Made by a program: the position numbers and the translations under genes | Shown here: positions 35,041 through 48,912 of the stretch, in pieces | How the letters are laid out: each line of letters opens with the position of its first letter | Numbering within the stretch: the stretch's first letter is position 1 | NCBI RefSeq assembly: GCF_001194135.2 | Contig: NC_069000.1 | Span: forward strand, 586,301-650,300 | Length of the DNA: 64,000 nt | DNA from: Octopus bimaculoides | Taxonomy: Eukaryota | Reading direction: 5' to 3' | The notes under the pieces: generated by a model | The model's input: the letters and a program-made list of their open reading frames with translations, nothing else | What the model was told of the DNA's origin: nothing | Databases searched by the model: none

Positions 35041-36437
35041 CATCATCATCATTGTTTTTAGCTATAACAGCATAAATGGTTAAAATGCTTCTTAAAACCA
35101 AGTGTGGCCTGCTTAAGGAAGGGAAAAGGGGAAGATTGAACCCATGTATCTATAGCTTGCTGGAGGATCGCAACACAAAACGGGTTTAACACAAACATCC
35201 TAAATACCACAAGCCTAATCTGCACCTACTCCATGATCAGAGATCTCAAAAAATATCCTTCAAAGAGATAAATGCTAAACTTACCACTTCTAGCAACAAA
35301 AAAAAAAAACCCCTCGCACTTACTTTCTAAAACATACACAGAACACGGCCAGAGCCCTCACAATCACTTCAACTGCTGGCCCTCATTATCACTGAGGATC
35401 TCTTGTGACAATTACATGCACCATTAATATAGCTAAGACCAAATTTCAATGACTGGCCCTTCTCTTCCTAACCAGAAAATACTTCAGCCCTTAACAGCTA
35501 TTAAACCTCAATTAACTCTGATGAAATCCACAATGAAGTACACCATCCCCTTCTGGGACAGTGTTGCTATTACACAAACAGATAGCACAGACTGCAACCA
35601 GAGATAGGGCACTCAACTGATGGATAAAGTCACGTTCACATGCCCCCAGTTCCCTGGCTTACAGATACACATGCCCCCCCCCCCCCGTCTAATCTCTCTT
35701 CTGCCTTTTCAACCCTTACTACAATGGCTTCTAATCCTTGAAACAGAACTGCTTTGTCCTGTGCCGCCTCCATCAAGCACACTTCACTCATTCATTACCC
35801 AAACCCTTACACTACTCCCACACTACATAATCCTTCCCTACAATCACAATCCTCTGGAATCCCATCATTGTACATGCCTTTCCAGCAATTCCTGACTTGC
35901 ATTAATTCAAGCAGAATGCAAACCACATCAATCCAATCTCACCAGTCACAATGGGACTTGGAAGGCCCATGGCCACCACCTCTTCCTCCACGCACACACT
36001 GATATGAGGCACACTTGGCATATTGTTGTCTGTGGTGCAAGAGTTAAGTCCTGATCAAAGCAGATTTGTGATCAATGACATTCCCATCATCTCTGTGGCA
36101 GGGGTTTTACTACAGCCCAACTGTTGTGGCCACAGAGGTTTGCTTGCTCCAATAAATCTGACCTGAAACAGAACTTGAAACACCCTCCTTTCCTTCACAG
36201 CTGGATGGTTTTTATGTCCCTATAAAAGAGAGAGAGAGAGAGAGAGAAAAAATAAAAGAAAAAAAAAACCCCACCATTCCACCCATATATGGCAAATAAA
36301 TGGGTGTAAAACATTTATAATGTATATAAATTTGTGTGAGTGTGTGTTTATAATTATATACATTTACGTAATATTGACAGAATAAGTACTCGAAACATGT
36401 CAAGCTATTAAAATTTGATGATTCATTCTGTTGCTGC

Positions 36438-36511
<74 letters not shown>

Positions 36512-38719
36512 ATGCAATATACTCATTAAACACAGAGCTGTGATTTAGCCCCAGGTCAGTTCTGATCCTAAGATATTCTAGCACTGACAATCCAATCATT
36601 TTATCACAGGCAGTGCCCTTCAGTGTGTCCTTCCTTACTTTAAAACTAATGAGTTGAGAGATTTGGCTGCTATATCTAGGGAAGTGTTTGTATACACCCA
36701 ATACATTGAAAGGAGCTGAGACTATTGCAGTAACAGGAGAGGGAGAGAAGGGAAGAGTGCTGGCTCCCCTACTGAATGACTATTTCTAGTGCAGGCAGCT
36801 GTCTCCTCTCGAAAGGAGGGAAAGAGCTTGGGTAGCTGACACGGTTGGGAGTTTTCTCAAAAATTAAATATTTAAACCAACGACAATACTTTTATTTTAA
36901 GCACATTTTGTCAAAAAAAGAAAAAAAATCTCTGTTGGGATTAAAATATGATTGGAGCACTGTTATCAGTGAACAGAAATATGGCTGATGATGCACGAGG
37001 CCCGATAGAATGTCACTTAAGAACTCCTTCACTTCTTTAGTGATTTCCATAAACTTAATTAACATAAAAGCATTTGTCCAAGCAAATATCTATAAGAAAA
37101 TACAAGTTGGATGGTAGAGCATGAAAACATAATGAAATATTTATGCAAAATCAATTTCTTTTTTATTTAAAAAATTTGCATATTTTCTTTTTTTCTCCCC
37201 TCAGAGCATGAAAAAGGAAAGAGTGTTTATCAAATTTGGTGAAAGAATGATGCCAGGAACCCTTGCATTAAAAAGGCATCCAAAGGCCAGGTTGTGATTG
37301 TGTTAAACCAAGTAACAGAGGGAAACTGATTTTGTTGCTGTGACTTTTTGCCTCGGGTCATACCTGATCCAGCTATGCCATCTGTGACCATTCCATCTGT
37401 CTTTTTTCAGACATGGTGTATCTAAGACTACATTATCAAATGTGATATTTTGTTTAAGGTGTACGTTTTGAGGTATAGTTAGCAATTATATCTAACAAAA
37501 TCAGTGACCATATAAAGGTCCCCATGTTAGGTGGTGCATAATATTTCATACCAAGGTGACCCAGTCTATTTCTTTTTTTCATAAATATTAGTTTACATAC
37601 AAAATAAAACAAAACAAAAAAGGAAAATATCAATAGCAGCCATCATTACAAATACCATTTTGACATAAGCATTTCCTTTATCCGTCTACCTTGGATTGTA
37701 TAAAGTAAAGTGTCAAAAAAAAGGTAGGGTATGATTTGAAGATAAGGTTTTTGCTATTTGTAGCAGGTTAAATGGCCACATGGAGGGCCCTGACATTGTC
37801 TTAAATAGATTGAAAGGTTGATGAATGGGGTTACACAATGGCGATCAGGCAGAGGACTTTCTTTTGGCCAAGTTCCACAATGAATATCTTTCTCAGAGTT
37901 ACACAATTTTGGATGTCAATTCAATGTTACCACAAGGATTAGGGAACAATTCTTTTGTATATTTGAAGGCCACTCTAAATTTAATATAATTTTATTAAAT
38001 TACACTTAAGAAATTTTTAATCAATTATGTAAAAAAATGAGTACATTTTATAGTGAAAACATAAATACTGAAATAAGAAATAAAAGAATCTAACTTTTTA
38101 AATTATTTTTGTGGTAATCTTTAAAATGCCAGAATAAATATAACAGTATATAATCAAGACGTATATACGTCATTTTTAATATAAGGTCCTCAAAAACCAC
38201 AAGTTTCCCTGCCTCCTGTTATGATGTAAATTGTGTATTTGTACTATTTATTCCAGAATGTTCATTTGTCAACACAATTCAACAACATCATCATGGCATC
38301 AACAAATCTCTCCAGACAATTTTATTTATTTATATTTAGTTCTTATTGACACTTGCAGATATTTTTGGAAAGAAAAATTTTAATGGAAATGACAGACATT
38401 AATAAGAATCAATCTGTCTGAAATTGGTGATGATGATGATGATGATGAATGCCTAGAAGCATTTCTATTCCCTCCTTCTTCGACCCTGTCCTCTCTATAC
38501 AAATTAATAATCCACAATGTAAGAAGAGATTGTAGTACACTCAACACAAACCAATCCACTTTCACCATTGGTCCCTATCTGCAGCACAGTCATCTGGCAA
38601 GATCCTTATTCATTTGAGGATACACAAAGCTCCAAAATAAGGCTCTGAAGCCTTACTTTTTAAGTATTAAAAAAAGTCGTTAATTCATAAGGACATATTT
38701 AAAGTGTATGATAACCCAG

Positions 38720-38840
38720 CTGGTTCATCATCATCATCGCTTAATGTCCACTTTCCATTCTGGCATGGGTTGGACAGATTGACCGAGGGCTGATGAGCCA
38801 GAAGGCTGCACCAGGCTCCAATCCGATCTGGTTGTTTAGT
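38720..38840 (-). mobile_element. SINE family B 3' fragment
   Basis: CATCATCATCGCTTAATGTCCACTTTCCATTCTGGCATGGGTTGGAC is the reverse complement of the family B tail. Confidence 0.75.
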
Positions 38841-40254
38841 AATAAAACAGTTCACCAACAGAAGAAAAAATTCAAAAAGCCATGTGAAAGGATTTGCAAT
38901 ATAAGCACCAGTTGGCATCATTGGAATTAAGAATATAACAATCTAGGACATTGGTTTATTCTATTGTCTCTTGTTAATAGTATTCAGGAACCATACTTCC
39001 AGTACCTCAATCTGCTATCACAATGGGGAATGGTGGGGCTTTCTATGGGATAATTAAACTTGCTAGAAAGAGTAGCTAAATCTTCCTTAAACCACATCCT
39101 ACTGTCCTAACAACAAAAAAGACATTGGATAACATAACCCAGGAATGCACTTTGGAAAAACAGAAAGAAAAGGAAAGTAAAAAAAAAAAAAAAAAAGTGG
39201 GGTGCAAAACCTTTGGTGTTGGGTCTACTCAATCAGCGATGATTTAGGGCTCAACAACAACTTAAATGGAAAATGCTAATTCCCCCAAGGATAGGAATTC
39301 AGTTGAGGTTCATTCCATAATTGAAAAGATTGAAGACAAGAAATGGTAAACTCCCAGCAAATCCAAAATGTAGATTGTTATCAGTAATTCATTGTGACTG
39401 CAATTTCCCAGCAGTAACGAATAGTAAATCATCTGGAAAGGTGTCTGTTCCTCTACCAGGATGGTTTATCCTTGGCAAATTGATTTGAAAAGAAGAAATA
39501 AATCTTCAATGAATGACCCAATGACCCATAAACAGTTTTAGAAAACATCTGACTTTTTTTTTTTTTTTGTTACTTCCTGGGAGACATTAGCTTTACATTA
39601 NNNNNNNNNNCTTCCTGGGAGACATTAGCTTTACATTATTTTGTCAGCAGCAAGGTTCACAGAGTTAAACTTTCCAAGTTCTACACAGATCTCTAATAAA
39701 ACACAGCCATCATATTCTTACTGGGAGGTAACAGCTGTACAAATTGTGCTACTGACAGGGTTCAGAGAGTAAAAACATCCAAGTTCTAAAGACATCTTTA
39801 ATAAAAACTGCAGAAAGAAGAACCAATATATATATATATATATACTGTAGAACAGCAAAATATGTGAGGAAGAGTTGTGAATCAGGTATGGTGAATGGTT
39901 CCTGATACCTTTATAGATCAACTAAAGGTATGTCTTTCATTTTCCTCTTTTGTATTTTTGTTCTGTCAACCAATGTTTATGATGAAAAACGTTCCAGCTC
40001 TGATCACTTTAAACTTTGACCTCATATTCTTGCCCTAGCAACTTTTTGTCTGTAAGGTGGTAGGGAGATTTGGCTGCTATTTCAAGCAGACTGAGCAACC
40101 AATAAAGCCCCTCCCCTCCTACCTACCTCTTCTTCCTTCTTCAAGACTGAATAGGAAGGTTATGAACGAAAGGAAAAAGCAATGTGTGATCTCAAAAGAC
40201 AATAAAGGTAATGAATGATATGAAAGACAAATGAAATCTAAGGAAACTAAAAGA

Positions 40255-40480
40255 ACCAGAAATGGAACAGGTGATATGGCAAGATAAAAAGGAACAGGTG
40301 ATAAAAAGAGATAAAAAGGCACAGGTGATATAGAAAAATATTTAAAAAATGAGAGCAGGTGATATTGAAAGATAAATGAGAAATGTATATCAAAATGAGA
40401 AACGTATATAGAAAAAGATAATGGATGATATCAAAAGATAAAACAAGAACAGATGATATATCAATATGGAAAGATAAAAT
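40255..40480. repeat. Degenerate ~27-bp purine-rich minisatellite with a CAGGTGATA core
   Basis: CAGGTG at 40268, 40295, 40322 and 40356; CAGATG at 40450. Confidence 0.75.
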
Positions 40481-41091
40481 ATAAAGAATACAAGAGATTG
40501 AAAGATTGAAGAAAAAAATAACAAAGACGGATGTCAAAAATGAACAGCGACACAGGGACAGATAAGAGAATGGTTGATATCGTAATGAGAATAAAAGGAA
40601 ACATAAAAGAAATATAGATAACAAAATAGTTATCTCCTGGTCTGGTCATTAGACAAATAAAGAGACAGAGATTTTGTCTCAGTTGTATTGAAAACAGAAA
40701 TGTAGACATACAAGATGTTTATAATTTATAGATAATTAACTTTAGCTTCAGGGATAAAATGTTTCACATTATCTATATCTACACAATGTTTCCACTGGTC
40801 TGATGTTTGATCATAATGTCTACATAAGTGTCACATGGACATGCATCAGTGATCCAGTGTTCCTCATAGGGTGGGAAATGTGGACAAGTGACAGATGATT
40901 GGCTATGTTTAATAAAAAAAAATTTCAAAAAGTTGGATTTAAACTTTTTGAAACTTGATCAAGATCAAAATGAAGGTAGAAGAATTTTGTGGCAGCAAAT
41001 TCTATTTGGCTTTGACCATTAAGAAAGAAGCGAGGAGGAATGACAGATTCGATTAATATGCAAGAACCAATCATGTTACTACCATTAGGTG

Positions 41092-41260
41092 CAGGTGTGG
41101 CTGTATGGTTAAGAAGCTTGCTCGCAAACCACGTGCTCTTGGGTTCAGTCCCATTGCATGGCACCTTGGATAAATAACTTCTACTATAGCCCTGAGCCAG
41201 CCAAAGCCTTGGGCACAGCTTTGGTAGATGGAAACTAAAAAGAAGCCTATCATGTGTGTC
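41092..41260 (+). mobile_element. tRNA-derived SINE family E, full head
   Basis: A box TGGCTGTATGG (41098-41108), B box GGTTCAGTCCC (41142-41152), body GGCACCTTGG...TTGGTAGATGGAAACT.AAAGAAGCC. Other copies near 10015, 20050(-), 32455, 33975 and 51160. Confidence 0.8.
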
Positions 41261-42439
41261 TTTGCTCCCCCACCCCAACCAGTGGTGGCTCATTTTTGCC
41301 CTTTTAACTTAGCAATTCAGCAAAGAGACCGATAGGATAAGAACCAGGCTTCAAAAATAAGTCCTGGGGTGAATTTGTTTAAGCAGAACTCCTTCAAGGC
41401 AGTGCTCCAGCATGGAAGTTTAAACAAGTGTGAACACAGTCGAATTAACAATGAGCACTACTCTCTCTCTCTCTCTCTCTCTCTCCCTCTCCCTCTCTCT
41501 CTCTTTCTCTCTCTCTCTCCCTCCCTCNNNNNNNNNNTCTCTCTCTCTCTTTCTTTCTCTCCCTCCCTCTCCCCCTCTCTCTCTCTCTTTCTCTCCCCCT
41601 CTCTCTCTTTCTCTCCCCCCTCTATCTCTCCCTCTCCCTCTCTCCCTACTAGTTTGAATAGAGTGAAGAAAGAGGGCAATGAAGACTAACACCTATCTGG
41701 CAGTTTAACAGAATTAACTGAGCAAGGAACAACAAAAGTCAAATCAAATGACAAGTTAAAAGCAAGAGAACAATAATATATAGATATGTATATGTATATA
41801 TATATACACACACATATATATATATGGTAGTTTGAACGGAGTTAATTGATCTGAGCAAAGAGACTCTGAATAACAAGAAAATGTCTATGAAAATGAACAA
41901 TTGCAATAAAAACATCAATATGAACAAAGGTTTAAGGAAATAGGTTTTTAGTGACAATTGAAAGAAAGCAGCAGTTAGAGTTTATAATAATTGTGATTTC
42001 TCACATGGGCACAAAGCCAGCGGATTTGCAGGTGGGGAGGGACTATTGATTGAGTTCAGACTAAAGTACATTATTAAAAGTGGTAGGATGAAAGCAACAT
42101 CATCATGAAATGTAAAAAGGGGACACAGCTAAAGACATTTGTTAGTGGTGTTGTATGTACCAAAGTCAACTCTGATTGAGCAAATGAAGGCACAAAAGAC
42201 ATTCCAGCCATGACTATTCCATCATATTTTCCACAGTATCTCAGATGACATTATCCAATGTGACCTGGTCTTTTTTACTTTCTTGAAGACAGTAGAGTGA
42301 CCAGAAGATTTGGCTGTTATTTCTACCAGGAAGAGCAACTATGTAGAGAATCATACATTGACTTGACTTTTCAACATTTCGTCTGAAGTTCTGCTGCCAA
42401 ACCTCTAGCGTAAGTCTAAGTAAATAATAATAATAATAA

Positions 42440-42870
42440 AAATAATCCTTTCTACATCAGGCAAAAAGTCTCAAGTTTTAGGGATAGGGCTAGACTATTA
42501 CATCAACCCCAGTGCACCACTGGTACTTCTTTCATCAATTCTGTAAGGATGAAAGGCAAAGAGGTCGACCTTGGCAAAATCTAAGCTCAGAACATAAAAG
42601 ATGGATGAAACATCACAAAAGATTTTGTCCGACATTTTCAGGGTTCTACTAGTTCGCCACCTTTCTTTGGCATCAAACCAACAGTTTTGAAGGAAGGGGG
42701 CAAATCAACTGCATCAAGCCCAGAACTTGTATTGCTAGGCATTTTGTGCAAAGGTAGAGTTGACCTTGGCAGGATTTGAACTCAGAATGTAAAGTGATGG
42801 GGAAAATGCCCCTGGGAATATTTTCTCATGCTCCAACAATTCTACCAGCTCATTGCCTTCGTAATAATAA
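42440..42870 (-). mobile_element. Two tandem SINE family A copies
   Basis: AAGGATGAAAGGCAAAG..GTCGACCTTGGC and GTTGACCTTGGCAGGATTTGAACTCAGAA, with (AAT)n flanks. Confidence 0.75.
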
Positions 42871-45129
42871 TAATAATAATGATGATGATGATGACGATGA
42901 TTATGAAGGTGATTTCTCATACGAGTACAATGCCAGAAATTGTGGCAGGAAGGAGTAGACAGAACTGTTAATTCAAGCACCTCCCCTGTACCAAATATGG
43001 TATTTATTCAAATCAAGCACAGATGTATGAAAGGTAATCTCAACAACAGGCATTTAAGTTCAGCATTACCATTTCTCTTAATCCATTAATCACTCAATTA
43101 TAACAAACACAACAAAGCACACATTTTGGAGCAAGACTAACCTCACTTCTTGACAGTTGTATCAATCCCCAATCCATACCAGAGTACAAACAATATCAAG
43201 GCCAGTAGTTAAGTGGAATTTATCCTTTGGACATTGGAAGGTTGAAAGGCAATGCCACAAAATCAATAGAAAGGACAGAAAACAGTGGGGTTGGGGAGAA
43301 AAGAAGGAGATATGAATTGAAAAATGAACATATAGATATTTTAGTAATGTCCCAATTGGTGAACTAACACCTTGAGCCAATCGAAGAAACCCCATACATC
43401 CAGGATTATCCTGATTATCACTAGTTAAAGAGTCTGCTCCCAGATGCCGGAGTTTAGAGGCTTATGCTGAGAATAGGCCCAGTCAGTAGACTCAATCAAA
43501 CTACAAATTAATTATATTGTTAATCTGGGTCAAATTGAATTGAAGACAATTAGGACAGAGAAGTGGTCAGTTGAATGACTAGGTCATTATTGTTTAGCCC
43601 CAGGTCAGCTTTGATCAAGTAGGCCTATAATTAAATGCCTTCCATCCATGACCATCCCATTGTTTATCAGATAAGGTGTGTCTAGAACTACATTATCCAA
43701 TCTGACCTTCACTTTTTCAGGTGGTAGAGTGTAATTTAAAGAACATTTAGTGGGTATTTTTATCAGGTCATGCAACCACTTGAAGGTTTCCTCATTGGTT
43801 CAGAGAATGGTTATTCTTCAGTCCCAGGGATAGCCCTAACAGAACAGGCTTATCAATTCAAAAGAAAGAAGTCCAGGTTTGTTTAAAGTTGAAGGGTTTA
43901 ACAAAATAACAGAAAGCCCAAGAGGTCAGGAACATTCAACTGCAAGAAATACCAATGTATGCTTCAGAAACTAGAGTTAACTGTTTGCATTGTTGTAATG
44001 TGAAAATTCCTAAAAATATTTTTAATACACCTTCTTTAAAATAGATTGCATGAAAGAGTCAGTGTTTCATCAGGTCCTCATTAGAACATGCTGATAAAGT
44101 TTAATCAACCATGAGACAACCACAGCCAGTTTCAAAATGAGCTCAGAATAATTTCAAGTTCACATTTACTCAAACATTCAGTGTACACAAACGTTTGTCA
44201 GATGAAACAATTTGCAAATTATTTTTTGGTGCAAACTGATGGAGAGAGAGAGAGAGAGGGAGAGAGAGGGGGNNNNNNNNNNNNNNNNNNNNNNNNNNNN
44301 NNNNNNNNNNNNNNNNNNNNNNNNNNNNNNNNNNNNNNNNNNNNNNNNNNNNNNNNNNNNNNNNNNNNNNNNNNNNNNNNNNNNNNNNNNNNNNNNNNNN
44401 NNNNNNNNNNNNNNNNNNNNNNNNNNNNNNNNNNNNNNNNNNNNNNNNNNNNNNNNNNNNNNNNNNNNNNNNNNNNNNNNNNNNNNNNNNNNNNNNNNNN
44501 NNNNNNNNNNNNNNNNNNNNNNNNNNNNNNNNNNNNNNNNNNNNNNNNNNNNNNNNNNNNNNNNNNNNNNNNNNNNNNNNNNGACCTGTGGAGATTGAAA
44601 AGGGACCAGAGTAATTTTATAGAATTTAGACGGTTCCACAATTTTTTAACTTGTTAAACATCATGAAGAAAGAAAAATCTTTTCTCATTAAAAGACAGAA
44701 ATGGTAGGGATAGTGAGGTAAGGGGTGTGTTGGGGAGTTTGAGAACCATTGACCTTCATGATCAATCCTGATCAATCGTAAGTTAAAACAGATTTTTTAG
44801 GAGCAGAGAAAAATACCTGGAGAAGATGAAAGACAAAGTTGACCACAGCAGGATGTGAACTCAGAATATTTACAGAAATAGCATCTTTGTCAATATACTT
44901 TCTAAATAATAACTGTTTCTAAGTTAGGCAGAGGCCAGCAATTTAGAAAGGAGTTCTAGTCCAATAAAGTAATCCCACAACTATTGCAGGTGTTATGTGC
45001 CACCCCCACCGGGATAGGTGAAAGTCCACAAAGTAGAAACAGTGCTGTATATTTGTTTTTATTATTTTTTATAATTTGTATATATCTATTTTATCATAAA
45101 TGCAAAACACCACTCTAGAGGAATTGACA

Positions 45130-45698
45130 TCAGCCTAAATAATAAACCGTGATAGGTGAACCACAATATGGCAAGGGATGACTGTAGCTCACGCCAAGTA
45201 CTCAACCTGTACTTGTGTCTGTCAACCTTTTGAGGTTGAAAGACACAAATCTGTGTAGGATTTGAACTGAAAACAAAGACATGGAAATAAATACTGCAAG
45301 CAATATTTAACTTGTTCCAATCAACCTACTAACTCCACCAAATAATAATTTCTTTTCTACTCTCGGCACAAAGCCTGAAATTTGGGGTGAGGGGGATGGT
45401 TGATTTATNNNNNNNNNNNNNNNNNNNNNNNNNNNNNNNNNNNNNNNNNNNNNNNNNNNNNNNNNNNNNNNNNNNNNNNNNNNNNNNNNNNNNNNNNNNN
45501 NNNNNNNNNNNNNNNNNNNNNNNNNNNNNNNNNNNNNNNNNNNNNNNNNNNNNNNNNNNNNNNNNNNNNNNNGTACTCAACTGGTACTTGTATTATCAAG
45601 CCCGAAAGGATGAAAGGTAAAGTCAACCTCGGCAAATTTAAACTCAGAATGTACAGACATTTTGCCTGGCATGCTCACAATTCTGCCAGCTCGCTGCC

Positions 45699-45730
<32 letters not shown>

Positions 45731-45910
45731 TATAATAATACTAATAATAATAATAATTTCCTATATAAACACAAAGGCAGGAATTTGGAAAAAGGGAAGT
45801 GAATCAATCCCAGTACTTAAGCGGGACTTATTTATCGACGCCCCCCCCCCTCAGCCCCAGGAAGATGAAAGACAAAGTCAATGTCAGCGGAAACTGAACT
45901 CAGAAAATAA
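45130..45910 (-). mobile_element. Three SINE family A copies spanning an N-gap
   Basis: GTACTCAACTGGTAC...GAAAGGATGAAAGGTAAAGTCAACCTCGGC; further cores near 45200-45290 and 45810-45905. Confidence 0.7.
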
Positions 45911-46057
45911 AGAGCTCAGACAAACAACAAAAAACATTATGTTTGAACCTAAAACAATTCGACTAATCCAATCAGCATTTGTCATCAAATAATAAAATTT
46001 TGGCTGAGACCATATCTGGCCCCGTTACACAAGACATACTAAGGTAACCCTATTTAA

Positions 46058-46288
46058 CCCTTTAAGCATTCAGACTACTCTGCCAAATGTATTGTGTTTA
46101 TTTAAGGGCAAATATTTTAGCTGGATATGGCCAGAACACCTCTGATCATAGATAAGTCTCTCCTTTTAATATCTATCACCTTCAGGCATCTTAGCATCAG
46201 ATATCCAATGGAATGGTCACAGCTGGAAAGGATTGACAACAGATGTGGCACATTTCAGCTGGATATGGCCAGTTTAAATGCTAAAGGG
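46058..46288. mobile_element. piggyBac-like MITE with a nested 122-bp insertion
   Basis: TTAA|CCCTTTAAGCATT ... AATGCTAAAGGG|TTGA termini; AGCTGGATATGGCCAG duplicated at 46119-46134 and 46257-46272. Confidence 0.65.
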
Positions 46289-46476
46289 TTGAATTAAAAT
46301 CTCAAGTCATAATTTAATGAAATATGTTCCACAGACAATCTTATTAAATGACAAAGTTATTTGATTTAAACCTCAATAAAAACTTGATTACTTTCAAAAT
46401 TAAATGAAATGTATAAATATTGTGATCCATAGTTATAAAAGGTTCAAAACACTGAATGAGAAACTAATTAAAACTG

Positions 46477-46509
<33 letters not shown>

Positions 46510-46538
46510 NNNNNNNNNNGAGAAACTAATTAAAACTG

Positions 46539-46574
<36 letters not shown>

Positions 46575-47939
46575 CCTGCTACAAAGTGGACCCACCTCAA
46601 TCCGAGCAATAAAACACAAAACTGTCAACTTCTCTCTCAGCTGATGACTATTTCAATGACCTATTAACTCCACCATCTGCACTTACTGAACCGATAAACC
46701 TATCTATCTCACCACCACCACCACCACCATCATCATCATCGTCATCATACTGCTTCACTACTTCAATGGAATTAAGTACATCATGCCATAAATTTTGTCA
46801 ATTTCAAAGTTAAAGGTTTTCTTGAGATCTCGCTCTGATCCAGCAGATTTATCTATGATCTGAGATGTTCCAGTCATGACCACCCCCATCAGTATTTTTA
46901 AGACAACATACTCTAAGACTACACTATCAAACAAAGCATATGACTGCATGATCAGATATCAACAAGACTTACCACAGTTTACCTAGGACTACATTATCAG
47001 ATGTAGTGTTTCTTGAACTGTTATTATTAAACTTAGTATCTGGAACCATTAAAATTAGACCTGGGAGGCCTTTTGTTTTGGCTCAAGGCTAACATGGTAT
47101 TATTGCAGGACAACATTATCCAATGTGTCCTTCCTTGCTTCAAGATGGCAAGGTTGATTAGAGGAAGATTCAGCTGCTATTTCTTGTTGCAGTTGAACAA
47201 TTACTGCAAGAGGGAGGTTGTTCTTCATCTCAATCACAACCAACTGAACATTTCTGGATGTTCTATTTCCCATTTTCAATCAGACATCTTAATTAACCAG
47301 TGTACCATTCTCATAGCCCCCCCCCNNNNNNNNNNCCATAACCACACAAGACTCCTGCTTACTTAGTGTTTTCTTTCTTCTTCATCAGATTTCCTTCTTC
47401 CCCCACTTCAGGTCAAGTACCACCTTCCAGCTACTTCATCACATAAAGTGGCTGAACATTATCAAGCAATTTAAGTTCAAAGAAATGGTGCTCATGGTAG
47501 ACAAGTCAGGCTTGAATGGAGGAAATGTTTGTTTTCATAAATTAGATTTGAAAATTGAAATTTAGATGCAGGTGGCATTGCTTTGATTAAGCTAAAATGA
47601 GCCACATCTGTTGTCAATCCTGTCCAGCTGTGTGACCATTCCATTGGATTTCTGATGCTAACATGCCTGAAGATAATAGAAAATTAAAAGGAGAAATATT
47701 ACAGCAGACCTATCTTAAATTGAGTCAAAATCAAATCCTCCTTCCATTCCTAAGTAACTTTTAAGAGTTTGATGCTTGACTTCAAGTTTGTGGCCTTAAA
47801 TTAAAGACAAATATAGCTTATACACAATTACCGGACAAGTCCATCAAGAGGCCATCCCCTATGAATAATGAAGCAGTATTGCCATCAACAATGACAAATG
47901 TAAAGGAAAAAAAAAGACATTCTGTGCATCGGTCAGAGA

Positions 47940-48460
47940 CTGTCTTTTGCTGCCAGTAGAGATAATATCTTCCTCAACTTTTCCCAATTACTTCTTGTTC
48001 TGGTTACTCTCATCTTCTCACAATATTCGCCATCACTGCTGAAGAGGTCACTAAAGTAATTAGAAGCTCTATCAACTAATTTGTACAAAATGTCCTGAAC
48101 ATTTCAAAGAATGTCATGGCTGCTCTTACTGCTAAATATTTTTGTGTATCTGCAGCATACAGAGGTTCAATTCCATCATCGAAGCTTGCACTGGAACCCA
48201 TACTGACTCCTTTTCTGCATATCAGGGTCAATTCCCACATAAAAACAGAATCTTGTCTTCTTTCCTGCTGACTTTTTCTTTTCGATGAGTTACTTTAAAG
48301 CCCCTTGATCCCAAGTTTTATTTAAGGTTTGGAATTTCCTTCCTAATTCTTTGAAAGGTATCCTCAACATAATCCATCTTCAATTCTTTTTTCATGACCA
48401 AGACAACTACAACAAACAAGAGGGGAGTGAGAATGTAGCCTTGATGGAAACCTACCTATC
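47940..48460 (-). mobile_element. Decayed RTE-clade LINE RT/C-terminal fragment
   Basis: Minus strand VGFHQGYILTPLLFVVV (compare GVHQGSVLSPLLF), LGSRGFKV, (C)RKGV, SDLFSSDG..C..WEKLRKILSLL; many stops and frameshifts. Confidence 0.7.
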
Positions 48461-48878
48461 AGTTAAGCTCTCCACTGACCCTGAACAGGACTGCCATGGC
48501 TCTCCCCAATCAGATTTACATCTGGTTTTCTTAGCACCACCAGACTATAGAGAGTAAATGTAAACTATAGGTGTGAGGAAATTTCCAATTTCACAAATAC
48601 TAATTTGATTAGCCTAGAATTGTTGATTTTCAGGATAAATTTATAGCAGTTCTTCACGCATGAATTCACAACATAAACAGAGTTAAAAACTGACAGTTTT
48701 TAATACTTTACAATCATAACAGAGGGAAAATATTTTTATCAGGGTGTTGATGATGATGATGATGATGACGAAAACAAATGTGATGCAGAAATCAGTATTT
48801 TTACTGGAAAAAATGCTCCTACAAAATCAAATTTAAAGACTCTTGTATAATTTTTATTTTAAAGTGTCAGAAATTGCA

Positions 48879-48912
<34 letters not shown>

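Noticed and set aside
35100-35900. Possible Penelope RT remnant (TIPFWDSV resembling xPFLD)
   Set aside because: Single weak motif in heavily decayed sequence; not supportable without an HMM search.
39572-39638. Exact 28-bp direct repeat flanking a 10-N gap
   Set aside because: Typical unmerged contig overlap; assembly artefact.
40255-40480. CRISPR-like spaced repeat
   Set aside because: Eukaryotic context, degenerate units without unique spacers, and no cas genes; treated as a minisatellite.
44050-44090. Second hammerhead-like string on the minus strand (CTAATGA-GGACCTGAT-GAAAC)
   Set aside because: Core G5 is mutated, stem II does not pair, and there is no GUH with stem I.
46459-46572. 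Duplicated GAGAAACTAATTAAAACTGCT(GT)n across a 10-N gap
   Set aside because: Assembly overlap artefact at a microsatellite.
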